Shown piece after piece: positions 62,106 to 64,000 of a stretch of 64,000 nt of DNA. Position 1 is the stretch's first letter. Each line of letters begins with the position of its first letter. The notes under the pieces are model-generated. The model had not been told where the DNA came from and did not search any database. It saw nothing but the letters and a program-made list of their open reading frames with translations. This stretch comes from Candidatus Spyradenecus sp. (GTDB taxonomy: Bacteria; Verrucomicrobiota; Verrucomicrobiia; Opitutales; UBA953): NCBI GenBank assembly GCA_045535075.1, contig JAZSKX010000005.1:1-64000 (forward strand), in the 5' to 3' direction. The position numbers were made by a program, and so were the translations under genes.

Positions 62106-63521
62106 ATGAGCACTCCTTCGACACTTTTCAAAGCCGCCGTTGCCGACGCTACGTCCAACGAATCCCGCCGCAACTTCATTTATAAAGCGCTCGGCGGTTA
62201 TTACGTTTCCCGAGACAAGAACAAAGACAATTTCCGCGACTGGCAAAAAGCCCGCAACTGCGCCGCGCAAACCAAATACGAGGCGCTGAATAATCTTGCC
62301 GACAATCTGGAGATTTTTTCGAAAAAAATCGAAGCGCGCGGCGGCAAAGTTTTCTTCGCGGCCTCGCCGAGCGAAGCGCGGGAATACATTTTAAAAGTTG
62401 CCCGCGACAACAATGTCAAAAAAATCATCAAATCGAAGTGCATGACGTCGGAGGAAATTCACCTCAACGACGCGCTCGAATCCGCGGGAACGGAAGTTGT
62501 CGAAAGCGACTTGGGGGAATTCATTCAGCAACTGCGCAAAGAACCGCCGTTTCACTTCGTGTTCCCGTGCATGCACGTCAAACGCGACGAAATCAACCGA
62601 CTCTTTCAGGAAAACATCCAATCGCGCGACACGGATAATCCGGCGGAACTGACGATGATTGCGCGGGAATATCTGCGCCAAAAATACCTCGATGCGGACA
62701 TGGGCATCACGGGAGCAAATTTCATTGTCGCTCAAGACGGCATGATTTCGGTAACGGAAAACGAAGGCAACTCCCGTCTTTCCGCCGCAATGCCGAAAAT
62801 CCACCTTGTTCTTGTCGGCATTGAAAAAGTCGTCCCGCGCCTCGAAGATCTCGCGCTGTTCCTCCCGATGCTCGCAACCGCCGGCGCCGGGCAGCCGCTC
62901 ACCGGCTACAACACGCAATACGCGGGACCGCGCACGGCGGAAAATCCCGACGGACCGGAACAATTTCACGTCGTGCTTTTGGACAACAACCGCACGCAAC
63001 TGCTCGCCGACGCCGAACACCGCGACGCGCTTCACTGCATGCGCTGCGGCGCGTGCCTGAACGTTTGTCCCGTCTTCAAAAACATCGGCGGGCTCAGCTA
63101 CGGAACGACGTATCAGGGACCGATCGGCTCGCTCATCACACCGCATTTGCGCGGCACGAAAAACTGGCAACATCTTTCTTATTCGTCGTCGCTCTGCGGC
63201 GCCTGCACGCAAGCCTGCCCGGTCAAAATCGACATTCACGACCACCTGCTTGAAAACCGCCGCAACGCAACAACGCTCGCGCCGAGTCTGCTTTGGAAAA
63301 CGATTTTCTTCGGGTTTAACTTCATCTTCTCGCGCCCGAAGCTCTACGCGCTGACCTTCAAAATCGCGAAAAAAATCAATCCGCTCACCAAGCTCGCCGA
63401 CAAAGTCCCGGGAACGCTTCTCCACGGATGGACGGGAACGCGTAATCTCCCCGAACCACCGAAAAGCTCTTTCCGGGAACGCTTCGCCGAACACCAAAAA
63501 GAAGACCTGAGCATCCGCTAA
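62106..63521 (+). CDS. lutB: Lactate utilization protein B (YkgF/LutB, Fe-S)
   Basis: ESDLGEFI, GITGANF, NEGN, CMRCGACLNVCPV, SSLCGAC...CPVKI. Confidence 0.9.
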   Translation: MSTPSTLFKAAVADATSNESRRNFIYKALGGYYVSRDKNKDNFRDWQKARNCAAQTKYEALNNLADNLEIFSKKIEARGGKVFFAASPSEAREYILKVARDNNVKKIIKSKCMTSEEIHLNDALESAGTEVVESDLGEFIQQLRKEPPFHFVFPCMHVKRDEINRLFQENIQSRDTDNPAELTMIAREYLRQKYLDADMGITGANFIVAQDGMISVTENEGNSRLSAAMPKIHLVLVGIEKVVPRLEDLALFLPMLATAGAGQPLTGYNTQYAGPRTAENPDGPEQFHVVLLDNNRTQLLADAEHRDALHCMRCGACLNVCPVFKNIGGLSYGTTYQGPIGSLITPHLRGTKNWQHLSYSSSLCGACTQACPVKIDIHDHLLENRRNATTLAPSLLWKTIFFGFNFIFSRPKLYALTFKIAKKINPLTKLADKVPGTLLHGWTGTRNLPEPPKSSFRERFAEHQKEDLSIR

Positions 63522-63543
63522 CCTCCTTCGCAGACAACGCACT

Positions 63544-64000
63544 ATGAACAATCCTTCCAAAGAAAAAATTCTCGCCCGTATCCGCGAAGCCCTGCGCGTT
63601 CCTGCGCCCACGCCCGCGCAAATCCACGGTCGCCACGGTCAAACGCCCGCCGAAGAATACACGCGCGATTTCCGCGATGCAATGCCGCCTGCGGGAACGA
63701 GCGATGCCGAACGCCGTGCGATTTTCGAAGCCAATCTCGCCGCGCTCAAAGGGCAGTTCGTCGCCTGCAAAAACCTTGACGACGCTCGCGAAAAATTTGA
63801 AACGCTCTGCGCCGAACGCGCTTGGACGAAGTTCGCCACGCATCGCGCCCCGCTCTGCGACAACGTCGTTCCCGCAGAGAAATCGCCGATTCTCACCGAT
63901 GACGGCTACGACAAAAACGCGCTCGGTGCCGTCGATGTCGGCATTTCCGAATGCGAATGCCTTGTTGCACAAACCGGAAGCGTCATGTTTTCGACACGTG
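63544..64000 (+). CDS. lutC: Lactate utilization protein C (YkgG/LUD domain), partial at window end
   Basis: Manual translation MNNPSKEKILARIREAL...VGISECECLVAQTGSV, open to the end; follows lutB. Confidence 0.8.
   Translation, partial: MNNPSKEKILARIREALRVPAPTPAQIHGRHGQTPAEEYTRDFRDAMPPAGTSDAERRAIFEANLAALKGQFVACKNLDDAREKFETLCAERAWTKFATHRAPLCDNVVPAEKSPILTDDGYDKNALGAVDVGISECECLVAQTGSVMFSTR

Overview
Gene-dense chromosomal window of housekeeping genes, about 50-55% GC by eye. The organism is probably a gut-associated anaerobic Verrucomicrobiota (Opitutia-like) bacterium; this is inferred from the PEP-CTERM tail, a DUF5069-like protein, a Pmp-like autotransporter and host-glycan hydrolases. It holds about 55 CDS (fba, an Mla/Pqi-type ABC operon, nagA, galM, hom, plsY, pdxA, folE2, grpE, dnaJ, membrane PPase, hldD, GH95/GH20/GH16, rpe, kamA-like, pnp, rpsO, pyrC, panB, gpsA, rubrerythrin, smc, lutABC) and two tRNAs (Arg-TCT, Pro-CGG). 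No transposase, prophage or CRISPR array was seen. The strongest signal is not a gene. A non-palindromic motif, RCGGGAACG (reverse complement CGTTCCCGY; 7-bp core CGGGAAC), saturates the window on both strands. I hand-counted about 100 cores in the first 30 kb against about 4 expected by chance. It lies inside coding sequences in several frames, and as inverted pairs it forms the stems of most intrinsic terminators. This matches the architecture of Neisseriaceae DUS and Pasteurellaceae USS DNA-uptake sequences, but the sequence is unrelated and I know of no such system in this lineage. Other notable items: a multi-helix candidate S15 leader, a 19-aa mini-ORF that looks like a collapsed PEP-CTERM gene, a probable dual Na+/H+ pyrophosphatase, and short-period intergenic repeats.
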